Shown: piece by piece, positions 47,920 to 57,901 of the stretch
Layout: the number at the start of each line of letters is the position of its first letter
Position numbering within the stretch: the stretch's first letter is position 1
DNA from: Alphaproteobacteria bacterium
GTDB lineage: Bacteria > Pseudomonadota > Alphaproteobacteria > SP197
Reading direction: 5' to 3'
NCBI GenBank assembly: GCA_965228895.1
Contig: OZ245842.1
Span: 3,840,001-3,904,000, forward strand
Length of the DNA: 64,000 bases
Made by a program: the position numbers and the translations under genes
Notes under the pieces: model-generated
What the model was told of the DNA's origin: nothing
Seen by the model: the letters and a program-made list of their open reading frames with translations, nothing else
The model's database searches: none

Positions 47920-48819
47920 TTGTCGTCTGCCAACCACGCGCCGAAGGGCCTGACGGGACCCTTGCTTGGCATCGTCTGCATTGCTGCGGCGGTTTTCCTG
48001 TTGTCGGCGTCGGACGCCATTATCAAGGCCCTGCGCGAAGAGCTGCCGACACTTGAGATCATCGCGATCCGCAGCGTGTTCGGCCTGGTGCCCGTTCTGA
48101 TTATCCTGCAGGTACAGCACGCCTGGTCGAGCCTGAAGACAAGGCGACCGGTCGCTCAGATCGTACGCGGCGTTTTGATCGTCATCTCCTACGCGCTATT
48201 TCTGGAAGCGCTCGCGGTCATGCCACTGGCGACCGCTGTCGCCTTGACCTTCTCGGCGCCCATCTTCGTCGCGGCGCTGTCGCCCCTGGTTTTGAAAGAG
48301 CAGGTCTCGATCAAGCGTTGGATCGGTGTCTTCATCGGTTTCGTCGGTGTGCTGGTCATCATGCAGCCGGGACCCGATACGTTCAGGCCGGATGCCCTCT
48401 TTCCGCTAGGCGCGGCCCTCGCCTATGCCAGCGCGTCGCTCTTGGCGCGACGGCTCGGCGCTACCGATCCGCCGGCGGCGACCGCCTTCTTTACCGGCGT
48501 GATGTTCTTCTTTGGCTCGGCGCCCTTCGTTGCCGCCGTGCCAAGTGTGTGGATTACGCCGACAACGGATCATCTTTTGTTGTTGGCGCTTTGCGGTTTC
48601 GTCGCCGGCACCGCGCACTTTTTGATCATTGCCGCCTATCGTCACGCCCAGGCATCAATGGTCGCACCGTTCGAGTACACCGCCCTGGTCTGGGCCGCGC
48701 TCTTCGGCCTTGTGTTCTACGACGAGCTGCCGGACTTCGTGACCTTCTGCGGCATCGCGCTGATCATCTCGGGCGGCCTATGGATTATCTATGGCGAGCG
48801 CAGGCGCTCAGTCGCCTGA
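47920..48819 (+). CDS. DMT/EamA family transporter
   Basis: Multiple hydrophobic segments; FSAPIFV, GFVGVLVIMQPG, APFEY; start uncertain. Confidence 0.85.
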   Translation: MSSANHAPKGLTGPLLGIVCIAAAVFLLSASDAIIKALREELPTLEIIAIRSVFGLVPVLIILQVQHAWSSLKTRRPVAQIVRGVLIVISYALFLEALAVMPLATAVALTFSAPIFVAALSPLVLKEQVSIKRWIGVFIGFVGVLVIMQPGPDTFRPDALFPLGAALAYASASLLARRLGATDPPAATAFFTGVMFFFGSAPFVAAVPSVWITPTTDHLLLLALCGFVAGTAHFLIIAAYRHAQASMVAPFEYTALVWAALFGLVFYDELPDFVTFCGIALIISGGLWIIYGERRRSVA

Positions 48820-49410
48820 ATCGCCGGTGACGTGGCGTTCCAGCAGGTCCATCCGGTCGACGCCGAAGAAGAGCTTGCCGCCCGCGACAAAACTCGGCAC
48901 GCCGAACAGGTCCTGGTCGACAGCTTCTTGGGTGTTGGCGTCGACAGCGGCCTTGTAGGCGGCATCTTCGGCTATCTCCGAAATCGGCCGTGGACCCAAG
49001 CCGACCTTGTCGGCCACCGCCTGCAGCGCGGTGAAATCCGAGATATCCATCGCTTCCGACCAGTACCCCGTCATCACCGCGCTGACGAAAGCTTCGGCCA
49101 GACCTCGCTCACCCGCATAGACGCACGCACGCAACGCCCGAGAGGGCCGCAAGGGGTAATCAGGGTGAGGCCGCAGCGGCAGACCATAGAGCGCGGCGTG
49201 ATCTTTTAGATCCTGTTCGTACCACGCGACCCGACCGGGACTTTGCTTGAGCGGCTGCATCCCGTCGATCAGGGTCATCAGGTTCGCCAGATGCAGCGGC
49301 CGCCAGACGACATCCGATCCTACGCGCCGTGCGAGATCACCGATGCGTTGGCTCGCCAGATAACACCAGGGGCTATGCACATCGAACCAGAAGGTGATGG
49401 CGGCGCTCAC
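48808..49410 (-). CDS. 2-hydroxychromene-2-carboxylate isomerase (DsbA/GST-kappa family)
   Basis: FWFDVHSPWCYLA, FGVPSF, FFGVDR. Confidence 0.85.
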   Translation of the reverse strand: MSAAITFWFDVHSPWCYLASQRIGDLARRVGSDVVWRPLHLANLMTLIDGMQPLKQSPGRVAWYEQDLKDHAALYGLPLRPHPDYPLRPSRALRACVYAGERGLAEAFVSAVMTGYWSEAMDISDFTALQAVADKVGLGPRPISEIAEDAAYKAAVDANTQEAVDQDLFGVPSFVAGGKLFFGVDRMDLLERHVTGDSGD

Positions 49411-50210
49411 GATGCCTTCGGCCAGATCAGTGGAAACGCCGGTGCATCCATGGGATCGCCGTGTTTAAGCGTGACATCGGGAAACGGTGGCGACGTCATG
49501 CCCGGGCGCTCGGCAAAGCTCGCGTCGTCGCCTACCCACCGCGACGAGAACGCGCGCCGGCGCGTGTCAAGCGATCGGTTGGGCGGCGCGCCATGCAAGG
49601 TGCGGAACGAGAAGGCGACCGCATCGCCCGGCTCCAACGCCCATCCCAGGATCTCATAGTCCTCGCGGTGACCGTCGATATCGGGCAGCGCCTCGAACGT
49701 GCCGTCGTCATAAAGCGGCGTCTTGTTGAAACGCTCGGGCGTGAAGAAACGGCCCCAGGCGTGGGACCCACCGACGAACTCAAGTGTCGTCTCGCGCGGC
49801 ACCGGGTCCAGCACCAGCCACAGGCTGCACGTCATCGCGCCGTCGACGCAGTAATAGGGCTGATCCTGATGCCATGGCGTCGCGATCGACGTGCCCGGCT
49901 CCTTGACCAGGACATGCTCGTGGAACAGGCGCGCTGTGGTCGAACCCATGAGCGCGGCGGCAACGCCGGATGCATCCGAGCCGAACAGGAACTCCCGGTA
50001 CTCAGGGATACGGTCCCAACTGCAGTAGTCGCCGAAGAAGCGGCGGCCCTCGTCATCGTCGTAGATGCGCGCGATCGGACTGGGCGCCGCCATGTTGGCC
50101 TCGATGCCGCGCTGCAAGGTCTCAACCCAGTCGGTGAACACGCCATAAAGCGGCACCGCGCCATCGCGGCGAAACGCGTCGACAACCTTGCTGTCCAGAT
50201 CGTACGCCAT
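49407..50210 (-). CDS. Phytanoyl-CoA dioxygenase family protein
   Basis: FHEHVLVKEPGT, TPWHQDQPYY, GSH, PGDAVAF, LHGA. Confidence 0.87.
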   Translation of the reverse strand: MAYDLDSKVVDAFRRDGAVPLYGVFTDWVETLQRGIEANMAAPSPIARIYDDDEGRRFFGDYCSWDRIPEYREFLFGSDASGVAAALMGSTTARLFHEHVLVKEPGTSIATPWHQDQPYYCVDGAMTCSLWLVLDPVPRETTLEFVGGSHAWGRFFTPERFNKTPLYDDGTFEALPDIDGHREDYEILGWALEPGDAVAFSFRTLHGAPPNRSLDTRRRAFSSRWVGDDASFAERPGMTSPPFPDVTLKHGDPMDAPAFPLIWPKAS

Positions 50211-50328
50211 CGCTTACCATCAATCAGATAGTCCAGAGCTTGGCAAGGCCAGTCCCTTCGCGCAAGCCGGTTGACGGGGCCGACCGGCGCCCTAACCTCG
50301 GCCTCTCACGTTTCCCCGGAGGTATCGC

Positions 50329-51183
50329 GTGGCGCAACAGCTCGAAGTCTTTCAATCCCTATGGGCGATGGAGCGGCGCGCACCCGACGGCAAGGAGTGG
50401 TCGCTGCCGGAGAAATTCCGCATGATCGCCGAGGGTGGTTATGACGGCCTCTCCATCGACATGGCGGCCAGCGACATTCCGACCGTCGAAGAAGCCCGGC
50501 CCCTGTTCAAGGAGTTCGGCCTGGAATGTCTGATCGTCGCTTTTCCGCACGAGGTCGAGGATCTTAAACCGGTCTACGACATGGCTCGTGAACTGGGTGC
50601 GCGCCTTGTCGCAATCAACGCCGTCACCTTTCCGTTCACGCCTGAGGAAGGCGCTGATTTCGTGCAGCGTTCCCTGGACCTTGCGCGGGAGAGTGGTGTT
50701 GAAGCGCATTTCGAGACCCATCGCCTGACATTGACCACCGACATGCTCTACACGATCCAGGTCATGGATCTGGTGCCGGAGATGGAGCTCGTCTGCGACC
50801 TCTCACACTTCGTTGTCGCGCGCGAGTTCATCGTGCCGCCCGATGACTTCCATGCCGAGCAAATCGACCGCGTCCTCAAACGCTGCGTCGGTCTACAAGG
50901 TCGGATCGCGACACGTGAACAGGTCCAGATTCAGCCGACGTTCGCCCAGCACAAGGCCTGGGTCGATCTGTTCTGGTCGTGGTGGGAACAGGGTTTTCGC
51001 TATTGGCGGGCGCGCAAAGGCCCGGACGCCATCATGAATTTCCTGTGTGAGTTGGGCCCGCCGCCTTACGCCATCACCAACGCCGATGGCAACGAGTTGT
51101 CGGACCGATGGGAGGATGCACAACAGTTCAAGGAGGGTATCCGCGCGCTGTGGGCGCGTCTGGAGGCGGACGGCTCCCCCTAG
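50329..51183 (+). CDS. Sugar phosphate isomerase/epimerase (xylose isomerase-like TIM barrel)
   Basis: FQSLWAME, ETHR, DLSHF, ELGPPPYAIT. Confidence 0.75.
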   Translation: MAQQLEVFQSLWAMERRAPDGKEWSLPEKFRMIAEGGYDGLSIDMAASDIPTVEEARPLFKEFGLECLIVAFPHEVEDLKPVYDMARELGARLVAINAVTFPFTPEEGADFVQRSLDLARESGVEAHFETHRLTLTTDMLYTIQVMDLVPEMELVCDLSHFVVAREFIVPPDDFHAEQIDRVLKRCVGLQGRIATREQVQIQPTFAQHKAWVDLFWSWWEQGFRYWRARKGPDAIMNFLCELGPPPYAITNADGNELSDRWEDAQQFKEGIRALWARLEADGSP

Positions 51184-51319
51184 AGCGGATCATGGTCAGA
51201 TGGAACCGCTTGACGGTCCCATTTGACCATGTGAATCCGCTCTCCATCTGAGAGTAGAGCAGATTCACCTGCCTTGATGCTATCGCGAAGCGATTCCATC
51301 AAAACAGGGTCTGCTCTAG
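51180..51319. repeat. CTAG-bounded double-hairpin repeat, copy 4 (reverse orientation)
   Basis: CTAGAGCGGATCATGG...GTGAATCCGCTCT...TAGAGCAGATTCACCTG...CTGCTCTAG. Confidence 0.9.
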
Positions 51320-51690
51320 TGCTGAGCATCGGCCTGCTGCAGGACCCAGCCGTTACCGTCGGGGTCGCTGAACATCGCAAAGCGGCCCCAGGGTGTGTCG
51401 CCGACCTCGGTGATTTCGACACCCTTGGCGGCTATGGCATCGCGGTCGGCCTCGATGTCATCGGAGTTCAAGACCAAACCTTGCACCGATCCCGCCGGCA
51501 TCTTGTCGAGCCAGGTCACCAGCGTCAGACTTGTCTCCGCCCCCTTCGGGCCGACCTGGACCCAGCGCTGGTCGGGGCCCATCGGGTTATCGCGTATGAC
51601 CTCGAAGCCAAGCGTATCGGCATAGAAGTCCCTGGCCGCGGCCTGGTCGGACACGGGCACGGAGATAATCGCAATGCGGTTGAGTGACAT
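51316..51690 (-). CDS. VOC/glyoxalase family protein
   Basis: VPVSDQAAARDFYADTLGF, PWGRFAMFSDPDGN. Confidence 0.88.
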   Translation of the reverse strand: MSLNRIAIISVPVSDQAAARDFYADTLGFEVIRDNPMGPDQRWVQVGPKGAETSLTLVTWLDKMPAGSVQGLVLNSDDIEADRDAIAAKGVEITEVGDTPWGRFAMFSDPDGNGWVLQQADAQH

Positions 51691-51771
51691 GGCTCTTTCC
51701 TTGGTCGGCGCTCTCCCCGACTATAGGCCATCCAGCTCACGCCACGACACCGCCTGCACAAGCCCCAGACC

Positions 51772-53319
51772 ATGACAACGCTTCCCACCGACGCCCAACG
51801 CATCGGCGCCTGCCTCGCCCACCACACCGCGCAGATGCCTGATGGCGAGGCGTGCGTGCATCACGACCGGCGCGTTTCGTTCAGCGAACTCCACGGCGAC
51901 GTCACGCGATGGTCGAAGGCATTGATGGCGGCCGGTGTCGAACCCGGCGACCGCGTCGCCATGCTGACGGCACCGTGCATCGAATGGCTGACGGTGATGC
52001 TCGCCGTGACCGACATCGGCGCGATCTGGCTCGGCTATCATCCGCGCTACCAGCCCCCGGAGTTCCGGCACGTCACGGATCTTGCCAGGCCAAAGGTCGT
52101 CGTCGCCTTTCGGAACATCCATGGCCGCGACTACAGCGAGGAACTGGATGGCATGAATGACGCAGCGTCGGGCGTCGAGAAACTGGTCGTGCTGGACGAC
52201 ACCGATGCCCTCCTGGCGGCCGGCGACGCTGTTGCCGACGACGCACTCGCACGTCGGCAGAACGCGGTTCAGCCGGACGACACCGCCATCATCATCTTTA
52301 CATCCGGCACCACGGGTCAGCCGAAAGGCGCGATGGTACGCCACCGCGCGCTGCTGACCGGCGCCAAGACCGAATCGGAACACTGGCCAGCGACACGTCC
52401 GCGCATCCTGCACATGATGCCGGTCAATCACATCGCCGGCGCCGGCATGGTCGGTGTCTTCGGTCTTTATGCCGGCGGCACGCTGGTGTTCCAGGATAGA
52501 TTCGAGGCCGGCGACATGCTGCGCCTGATCGAACAGGAGTCGATCAGCTTTCTGTTGGGCTCGCCGGTGCAGTTTCACATGATGGCCCACCACGGCGAGC
52601 TGGAACGCCGCGACCTCTCCAGCCTCGCTTACACGGTCTGGGGCGGCGCGCCGATGGCCAAGGACCTGATCGAACGTCTAAACCGGCTGCCCGGCCATCT
52701 ATGCACGGCCTTCGGCATGACCGAACTGGGTCTTTATGCCACCTATTCGGACCTCGACACGCCGTTGGATGTTCTCAGCGCCACCATCGGCCGGCCCCAT
52801 GCGGACTATGATATCCGCGTCGCCGATGCGGACGGTCGTATCGCCTCGGCCGGCGAGGAAGGTGAGATCCAGGCGCGCGGCGACTGGCTCTTCGCCGGTT
52901 ACTTCGGCAACCCCGAAGCGACCGCGGACGCCTATACGGCGGACGGCTGGTTTCGCACCGGCGACATCGTGAAAGTGTCGCCGGACGGCAACCTGGAGAT
53001 CGTCGGCCGTGTGAAGGAAATGTTCATTTCCGGCGGTTTCAACATCTACCCGCGCGAGGTCGAAATCGTTCTGGAAAGCCACACGGCGACCGGTCTGGTC
53101 GCCGTTCTCGGTGTGCCGGACGATACCTTTGGCGAGGTCGGCCACGCCTTTATCGAGCTTCTGCCAGGCCATGAGGTGAGCGCCGACGAGCTCAGCGCCT
53201 GGTGCCGCGATCACCTGGCCAACTACAAGGTGCCCAAAGTCTTCGACATCCGGCCTGAACTGCCGCGCCTGCCGATCGGCAAAATCGATAAGCAGGCGCT
53301 GAAAAGGATGCTGGACTAA
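51772..53319 (+). CDS. Acyl-CoA synthetase (class I adenylate-forming enzyme)
   Basis: FTSGTTGQPKG, FGMTE, GWFRTGD, SGGFNIYPREVE, GKIDK. Confidence 0.9.
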   Translation: MTTLPTDAQRIGACLAHHTAQMPDGEACVHHDRRVSFSELHGDVTRWSKALMAAGVEPGDRVAMLTAPCIEWLTVMLAVTDIGAIWLGYHPRYQPPEFRHVTDLARPKVVVAFRNIHGRDYSEELDGMNDAASGVEKLVVLDDTDALLAAGDAVADDALARRQNAVQPDDTAIIIFTSGTTGQPKGAMVRHRALLTGAKTESEHWPATRPRILHMMPVNHIAGAGMVGVFGLYAGGTLVFQDRFEAGDMLRLIEQESISFLLGSPVQFHMMAHHGELERRDLSSLAYTVWGGAPMAKDLIERLNRLPGHLCTAFGMTELGLYATYSDLDTPLDVLSATIGRPHADYDIRVADADGRIASAGEEGEIQARGDWLFAGYFGNPEATADAYTADGWFRTGDIVKVSPDGNLEIVGRVKEMFISGGFNIYPREVEIVLESHTATGLVAVLGVPDDTFGEVGHAFIELLPGHEVSADELSAWCRDHLANYKVPKVFDIRPELPRLPIGKIDKQALKRMLD

Positions 53320-53371
53320 ACGAGAGAGGTCCCGTCGCTACCGTCTATTCCCCGGGAACCGGACACGGTGA

Positions 53372-53824
53372 CTAGCCAGTCTGCTTGCCCTTTTCGGGTA
53401 CCTCGTGGGCGACCATAATCCGCGAGACCGCGGCCACCGCCAGGCCGGTTGAGAGCCCGAACAAGAGAATGCCGCCGGCCGCCTCCAGGCTGCTCAAGAG
53501 TTGCCAGCGTTCGCTCAGCACGATGTCGCCATAACCCAATGTCGTGAACGTTACGGTCGAGAAATAGAGCGAATCCGTCATGTTGGGGAACTCGCCCAGG
53601 TGAATGTAGAGCGCGGCCCAAAGCCAGATCTCGATCGTGTGGGCGAACAACAGGCCCATCATGATGACGACCATGGTGATCGTCGCGCCGAAATAGAAAC
53701 TCGATTTGAGCCAAGCGCCAGCGTGACGGCGCAGGATACCGAGCAGGATGGCCATGGCGGCAATGTGGACGGCGACACAAAGCGCCACCATGCCCGAACC
53801 CAAGAGCAGTTGCTGAACCAGCAT
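53372..53824 (-). CDS. Small potassium channel family protein
   Basis: SLYFSTVTFTTLGYGD selectivity filter. Confidence 0.85.
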   Translation of the reverse strand: MLVQQLLLGSGMVALCVAVHIAAMAILLGILRRHAGAWLKSSFYFGATITMVVIMMGLLFAHTIEIWLWAALYIHLGEFPNMTDSLYFSTVTFTTLGYGDIVLSERWQLLSSLEAAGGILLFGLSTGLAVAAVSRIMVAHEVPEKGKQTG

Positions 53825-53926
53825 GGCGCATCATAAGGCGATGATGTCGCGTCCGTCATGCCCGGACTATCCACATGCATGGCAGGACTGTTTATCACTC
53901 AAAAGTCGTCCTATGCTTGTTCCGTC

Positions 53927-54889
53927 ATGACTGCGACACGCCCCAATGCCGTCCCGGTCCCGACCCGCGACGTCGCGCAGGCCAAGGCCGATATCGCCCA
54001 CGCGGGTTATGGGATCCTTGAAGGCGCGCTGGATGAGGCGACCACGACGGCGATCCGCGACCGGCTGTTGGATCAGGCGACAGCCGAGCGCGAGCGACAG
54101 GTCGATGTCAGCAACTCCGCGGTCGAACCCGACGACGATGTGAACCAGTGGGTCACCATGCTGCCCAACAAGGGGCCGATGTTCCGCGCGCTGATCAACA
54201 ATGACGGTTGTCTCGGCCTCGTGCGCTCCGTCCTGGGCGATGATGCCATCCTCTCGGAGTTCTCCGCCCACATCACCTGGCCGGGCAATAAGGAAATGGC
54301 GCTCCACACCGACCAGTGGTTCATGCCCCAGCCGGCCCTGCCCGGCGAACATCGCAACCGGGTCAGCGAGATCACCCGCGCCGAGCAGCCGTTCGGCGGG
54401 CCCGAGCCCGCCACATGGGCGATCAACGCGCCGGTCGTCACCAACGCCATGTGGGCGATCACCGATTTCACGCGCGAAAATGGCGCGACCCGCCTGGTGC
54501 CCAAAAGCCACCTTTCCGGCAACCATCCCGCGCCCGACACGGCCTATGACTGTGTCTTTGCCGAGGCACCGGCCGGCAGCCTGGTCGTGTGGGAAGGCCG
54601 GACCTGGCATGCGGCAAGCCTCAACACCGGCACGACGCCGCGCATGGGCATCACGACCCATTGGTGCGCGCCCTTCATGCGCCAGCTTCTGAACTTCACC
54701 TATGGCTTGCGGCCGGAGGTTGCCGCCGACCTCACCGAGCACGAACGTGCGGTGATGGGTTTCAAGATCTGGAGCACCTATGGCGCCACCGGTGACTTCA
54801 ACGCCACATGGGCGACACCTGGCGTTGAGAACCCGGGCGAGATGTCGACGCACGACGAGACGGACGTCTTCTCTATACCAGAGGACTAG
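53927..54889 (+). CDS. Phytanoyl-CoA dioxygenase family protein
   Basis: ALHTDQW, WAITDFTRENGAT, PKSH, WHAASLN. Confidence 0.85.
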   Translation: MTATRPNAVPVPTRDVAQAKADIAHAGYGILEGALDEATTTAIRDRLLDQATAERERQVDVSNSAVEPDDDVNQWVTMLPNKGPMFRALINNDGCLGLVRSVLGDDAILSEFSAHITWPGNKEMALHTDQWFMPQPALPGEHRNRVSEITRAEQPFGGPEPATWAINAPVVTNAMWAITDFTRENGATRLVPKSHLSGNHPAPDTAYDCVFAEAPAGSLVVWEGRTWHAASLNTGTTPRMGITTHWCAPFMRQLLNFTYGLRPEVAADLTEHERAVMGFKIWSTYGATGDFNATWATPGVENPGEMSTHDETDVFSIPED

Positions 54890-55081
54890 TCCGAAGGTGT
54901 TTGAGTCATACGATATAGACGAACGTAACGCTCCCTGAACCCCTACACTTCATCCTTGGTGGACACGTCGCGAACTGCCGTAGACGCAACGCGCATTGTG
55001 CGCAGGCGACTCATGGCCTGAGACGTAGCGCTTGAGCGTCGATCGGCAGAACCGCAGTCCGCCAAGGGAGCGCGTACAGTC

Positions 55082-55645
55082 ATGGACAGCGGATCGAAAG
55101 AGAGCACCTCAAAGATTGCTGCCGCTATTGCCGCCGCTTTCATGGTGACGACATCCACAGTGGCGTTGGCAGAGACCGGTGAGTCGCCACAAAGCCAGAA
55201 CACGACGGTTTCGATCATCATTCCTGAACGGGTCAGCGTCCGGGAAGTCGACGAAGTCAGCGCGGGCGCGTCGGCCCTCGCCAGCGACGAACAGGCTGCG
55301 GTCAATCTTTGCGTCTGGTCGCAGGGTGGCGCCGCTGACGCCTACCAGGTGACCGTGATTTCCGATACCGGCGACTACAAGCTGACCAACGCTGAGTCGT
55401 CTGGCGATGTCGACTTTACGGTGGAATGGCGAAACCAGGCGACCCAATCCAACGGCACAGCCGTTCCCTACAACACGGCAACGCCACTTGTGCCTTTAGC
55501 GCCAACGACGCCCACCTGTGGCGGAGATGGAAACAGCAATTCAACGATCGTTGTCGACATTGCCGAAGGTGATCTATCGCTTCAGAAGGCGAACGCGGCC
55601 GGTTATGATGCGACCCTGACCGTCACCGTGGCCGCCGCGCCCTGA
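55082..55645 (+). CDS. Secreted protein, fimbrial/Csu-like subunit candidate
   Basis: Signal peptide ending VALA, two Cys, beta-rich, C-terminal GYDATLTVTV. Confidence 0.5.
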   Translation: MDSGSKESTSKIAAAIAAAFMVTTSTVALAETGESPQSQNTTVSIIIPERVSVREVDEVSAGASALASDEQAAVNLCVWSQGGAADAYQVTVISDTGDYKLTNAESSGDVDFTVEWRNQATQSNGTAVPYNTATPLVPLAPTTPTCGGDGNSNSTIVVDIAEGDLSLQKANAAGYDATLTVTVAAAP

Positions 55646-55733
55646 CCGATCCAGAAACACCACTCAACGTAGGTGATTCGCACATCGTGTTCATCGAAGC
55701 CGGATCATGTCCGACGCTCGAGATAGATGTGCG

Positions 55734-56981
55734 TTAGACGTCTTCCCAGGGGAAACTGTCCAGCCGTTCGGCGCCGTCCGCGGTGACAAGCACCTGGGTC
55801 TCCAGCTTGATGCACTCGCTGCCTTTTTCGCCGATCAGGCTCTCGACACATACCGTCATGTTTTCTTCGAAGTGGCCGTCATAGCCGTGCTCGAAGTCGG
55901 GATGCAGCAGCACCACCGGCCACTCGTCAGCCATGCCGACGCCGTGGACGGCGAGCGAATAACGATAGGGTTGGTGTTTCTCGGGGATGCGCCAGGACTT
56001 CTCATTGAATTCGCGGAAGCTGACGCCCGCTTTGACGAGCGCCAGGTTATGGTCGATCTGCTCGCGCGCGGTCAGATAGAGCTCGCGCTGGCGATTGGTC
56101 ATCGCAACGTGTCCGCACGTCCATGACCGCGAGAGATCGGCGCAATAGCCATAGGGCCCGATCATATCGGTGTCGAAGCTGATCATGTCGCCTTCCCGGC
56201 AGACATAGTCCGAACACTCGGCATACCAGGGATTGGTGTGCGGGCCGGCAAGCAACAGCCGCGTCTCCAGCCAGCCGCCGCCCGAGCGCGCGTTCTCGTG
56301 ATGCAGCTCGGCCCAGATCTCCTGTTCCGTCTTGCCCGGCAGCGAAGCCTCGTACATGCGCGCCATGCCGGCCTCGCAGACCCGGATCGTCCAACGCATC
56401 AGGTCCAGTTCATCGGCGCTCTTGATGGCGCGCGCGCGTTCGGTCAATTCCTGACCCTCGACATAGGTGTAGCCCAGGTCTTCCAGGGCCTTCAGGCCAG
56501 GCGGTTCGATCTTGTCAATGGCAAGACGCCGGTTGCCGCCGCCATGGGCGCGCATGAGCTCGTCGATTTCGCCGGCCCAGTGTTCGAGCCTTTCGTCGCC
56601 GCGGTCGCCGGCCGCCATGTAAATCCATGACGTCGCCCGGCGCACCTCGTCGACCGCGGCGATGCCATCGCTCAAATGTTCGGCGTCCTTGAACTCGAAC
56701 AGCACGGCGGGGCCGTCGGTGAAGATGAGCGCGTAGCGCACGGCGTTATGCAGCGCCCAAAGCTGCATGTTCGTGACATCGAGCGCGTAGTGAATGTTGA
56801 CGGGGTCATAAAGCAGGATCGCCGCGCAATCGTGCTTTGCGAGTTCGCCGCGCAAACGCCCCAGACGATAGGCGCGCGCGGCCTCCAGCGTCGACACAGG
56901 CAACGGACTTTTCAGCGGTTTGTCGGCGCCCTCTTCGTTCAGATAGGTCGCCTTGCGTGGGTCTTTGAAAACCTCGGCCAT
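55734..56981 (-). CDS. M24 family metalloenzyme, DddP (DMSP lyase)-like
   Basis: TNMQLW, ETRLL, TNPW, FDTDMIGPYGYCADLSRSW, HGVGMADEWP, CVE, IKLETQV. Confidence 0.75.
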   Translation of the reverse strand: MAEVFKDPRKATYLNEEGADKPLKSPLPVSTLEAARAYRLGRLRGELAKHDCAAILLYDPVNIHYALDVTNMQLWALHNAVRYALIFTDGPAVLFEFKDAEHLSDGIAAVDEVRRATSWIYMAAGDRGDERLEHWAGEIDELMRAHGGGNRRLAIDKIEPPGLKALEDLGYTYVEGQELTERARAIKSADELDLMRWTIRVCEAGMARMYEASLPGKTEQEIWAELHHENARSGGGWLETRLLLAGPHTNPWYAECSDYVCREGDMISFDTDMIGPYGYCADLSRSWTCGHVAMTNRQRELYLTAREQIDHNLALVKAGVSFREFNEKSWRIPEKHQPYRYSLAVHGVGMADEWPVVLLHPDFEHGYDGHFEENMTVCVESLIGEKGSECIKLETQVLVTADGAERLDSFPWEDV

Positions 56982-56986
56982 GACCT

Positions 56987-57775
56987 TCAGCCTGCCCTTC
57001 CGTAAAAGCCGATGCGCTCGGCTTCGCTGAACGCGACCCCGGCGTTCTCGTAATAGGAAAAGACAGCGATGATGCGGTCACGTCCACCCTCGACCGGCGT
57101 GACCCGATGCGCGGTGTTCTTGCCCTTGAAGACATTCAACGTGCCCGGCGCCAGCGGCAGCGTCATGACTCCCGGATCGCGGCCTTGAAGCAGGTCGGCG
57201 ACGCCGTCGTAGTTGGGATCGCAATCGGTACGCAAACCCTGGCGGTATTGGAAGTCGCCGCCCGACACCGGCGCCTGCAACAACAATGTCGTCGTGAACT
57301 CCGAACGGTCGAAGTGCCAATTGAGCGCCTCGCCCGCGTGATAGGCCATGACATTGGCGCACGCTAACGGATCGTCCATGGTGTAGAGCACCGGTTTTTC
57401 CATGACATCGGCCAGGAACGCCGCAAGCGGCGGCCATTCATAGATCCGGCAGACCAGGCTGTCGGGAATCTGGTCCGCGCACACCGTGTGGTTGACCGTC
57501 TCGAATTCCGTCAACGCCGGATGATCGCGCGCCAGGCCGTCGACTTCGGGCAGGAAGTAGATGTTGTGACGCCGGCTGTGGGTGAACGCGCGCTCGCGCA
57601 GCGTGGGCGTGACCTCCGTAACAATCCGCTCGAGAGCGTCCGGCCGAACCAGGCCTTCCAGATTGAACAAACCGTGGGTTTCGAGCTCGTCGCGGCAGCG
57701 GTCGACAAGCACGGCGTAGTCGTCAGATGCCATCCGGTCGAGCGGATATCGATTGAGATCAAGAATGTCGTGCAT
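56987..57775 (-). CDS. Fe(II)/2OG oxygenase (ArpA/BesD-related family, hydroxylase-type HxD)
   Basis: LNWHFDRSEFTTTLLLQ, PGTLNVFKG, HRVTPVEG. Confidence 0.7.
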   Translation of the reverse strand: MHDILDLNRYPLDRMASDDYAVLVDRCRDELETHGLFNLEGLVRPDALERIVTEVTPTLRERAFTHSRRHNIYFLPEVDGLARDHPALTEFETVNHTVCADQIPDSLVCRIYEWPPLAAFLADVMEKPVLYTMDDPLACANVMAYHAGEALNWHFDRSEFTTTLLLQAPVSGGDFQYRQGLRTDCDPNYDGVADLLQGRDPGVMTLPLAPGTLNVFKGKNTAHRVTPVEGGRDRIIAVFSYYENAGVAFSEAERIGFYGRAG

Positions 57776-57901
57776 CGGGCGGGACCACCTTCTGAACGAG
57801 GGTCAAACGTCTAAGACCGCACACTATCGACGCTTGCCAGCGAACGTCCAATCATCGCGCCGCTGCAGTTTCATGCATGCGATTAATGAAAATGTCGACA
57901 C

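Noticed and set aside
56987-57775. BesD/HalD-type halogenase
   Set aside because: The iron motif is HFD (HxD); halogenases replace the Asp with Gly or Ala
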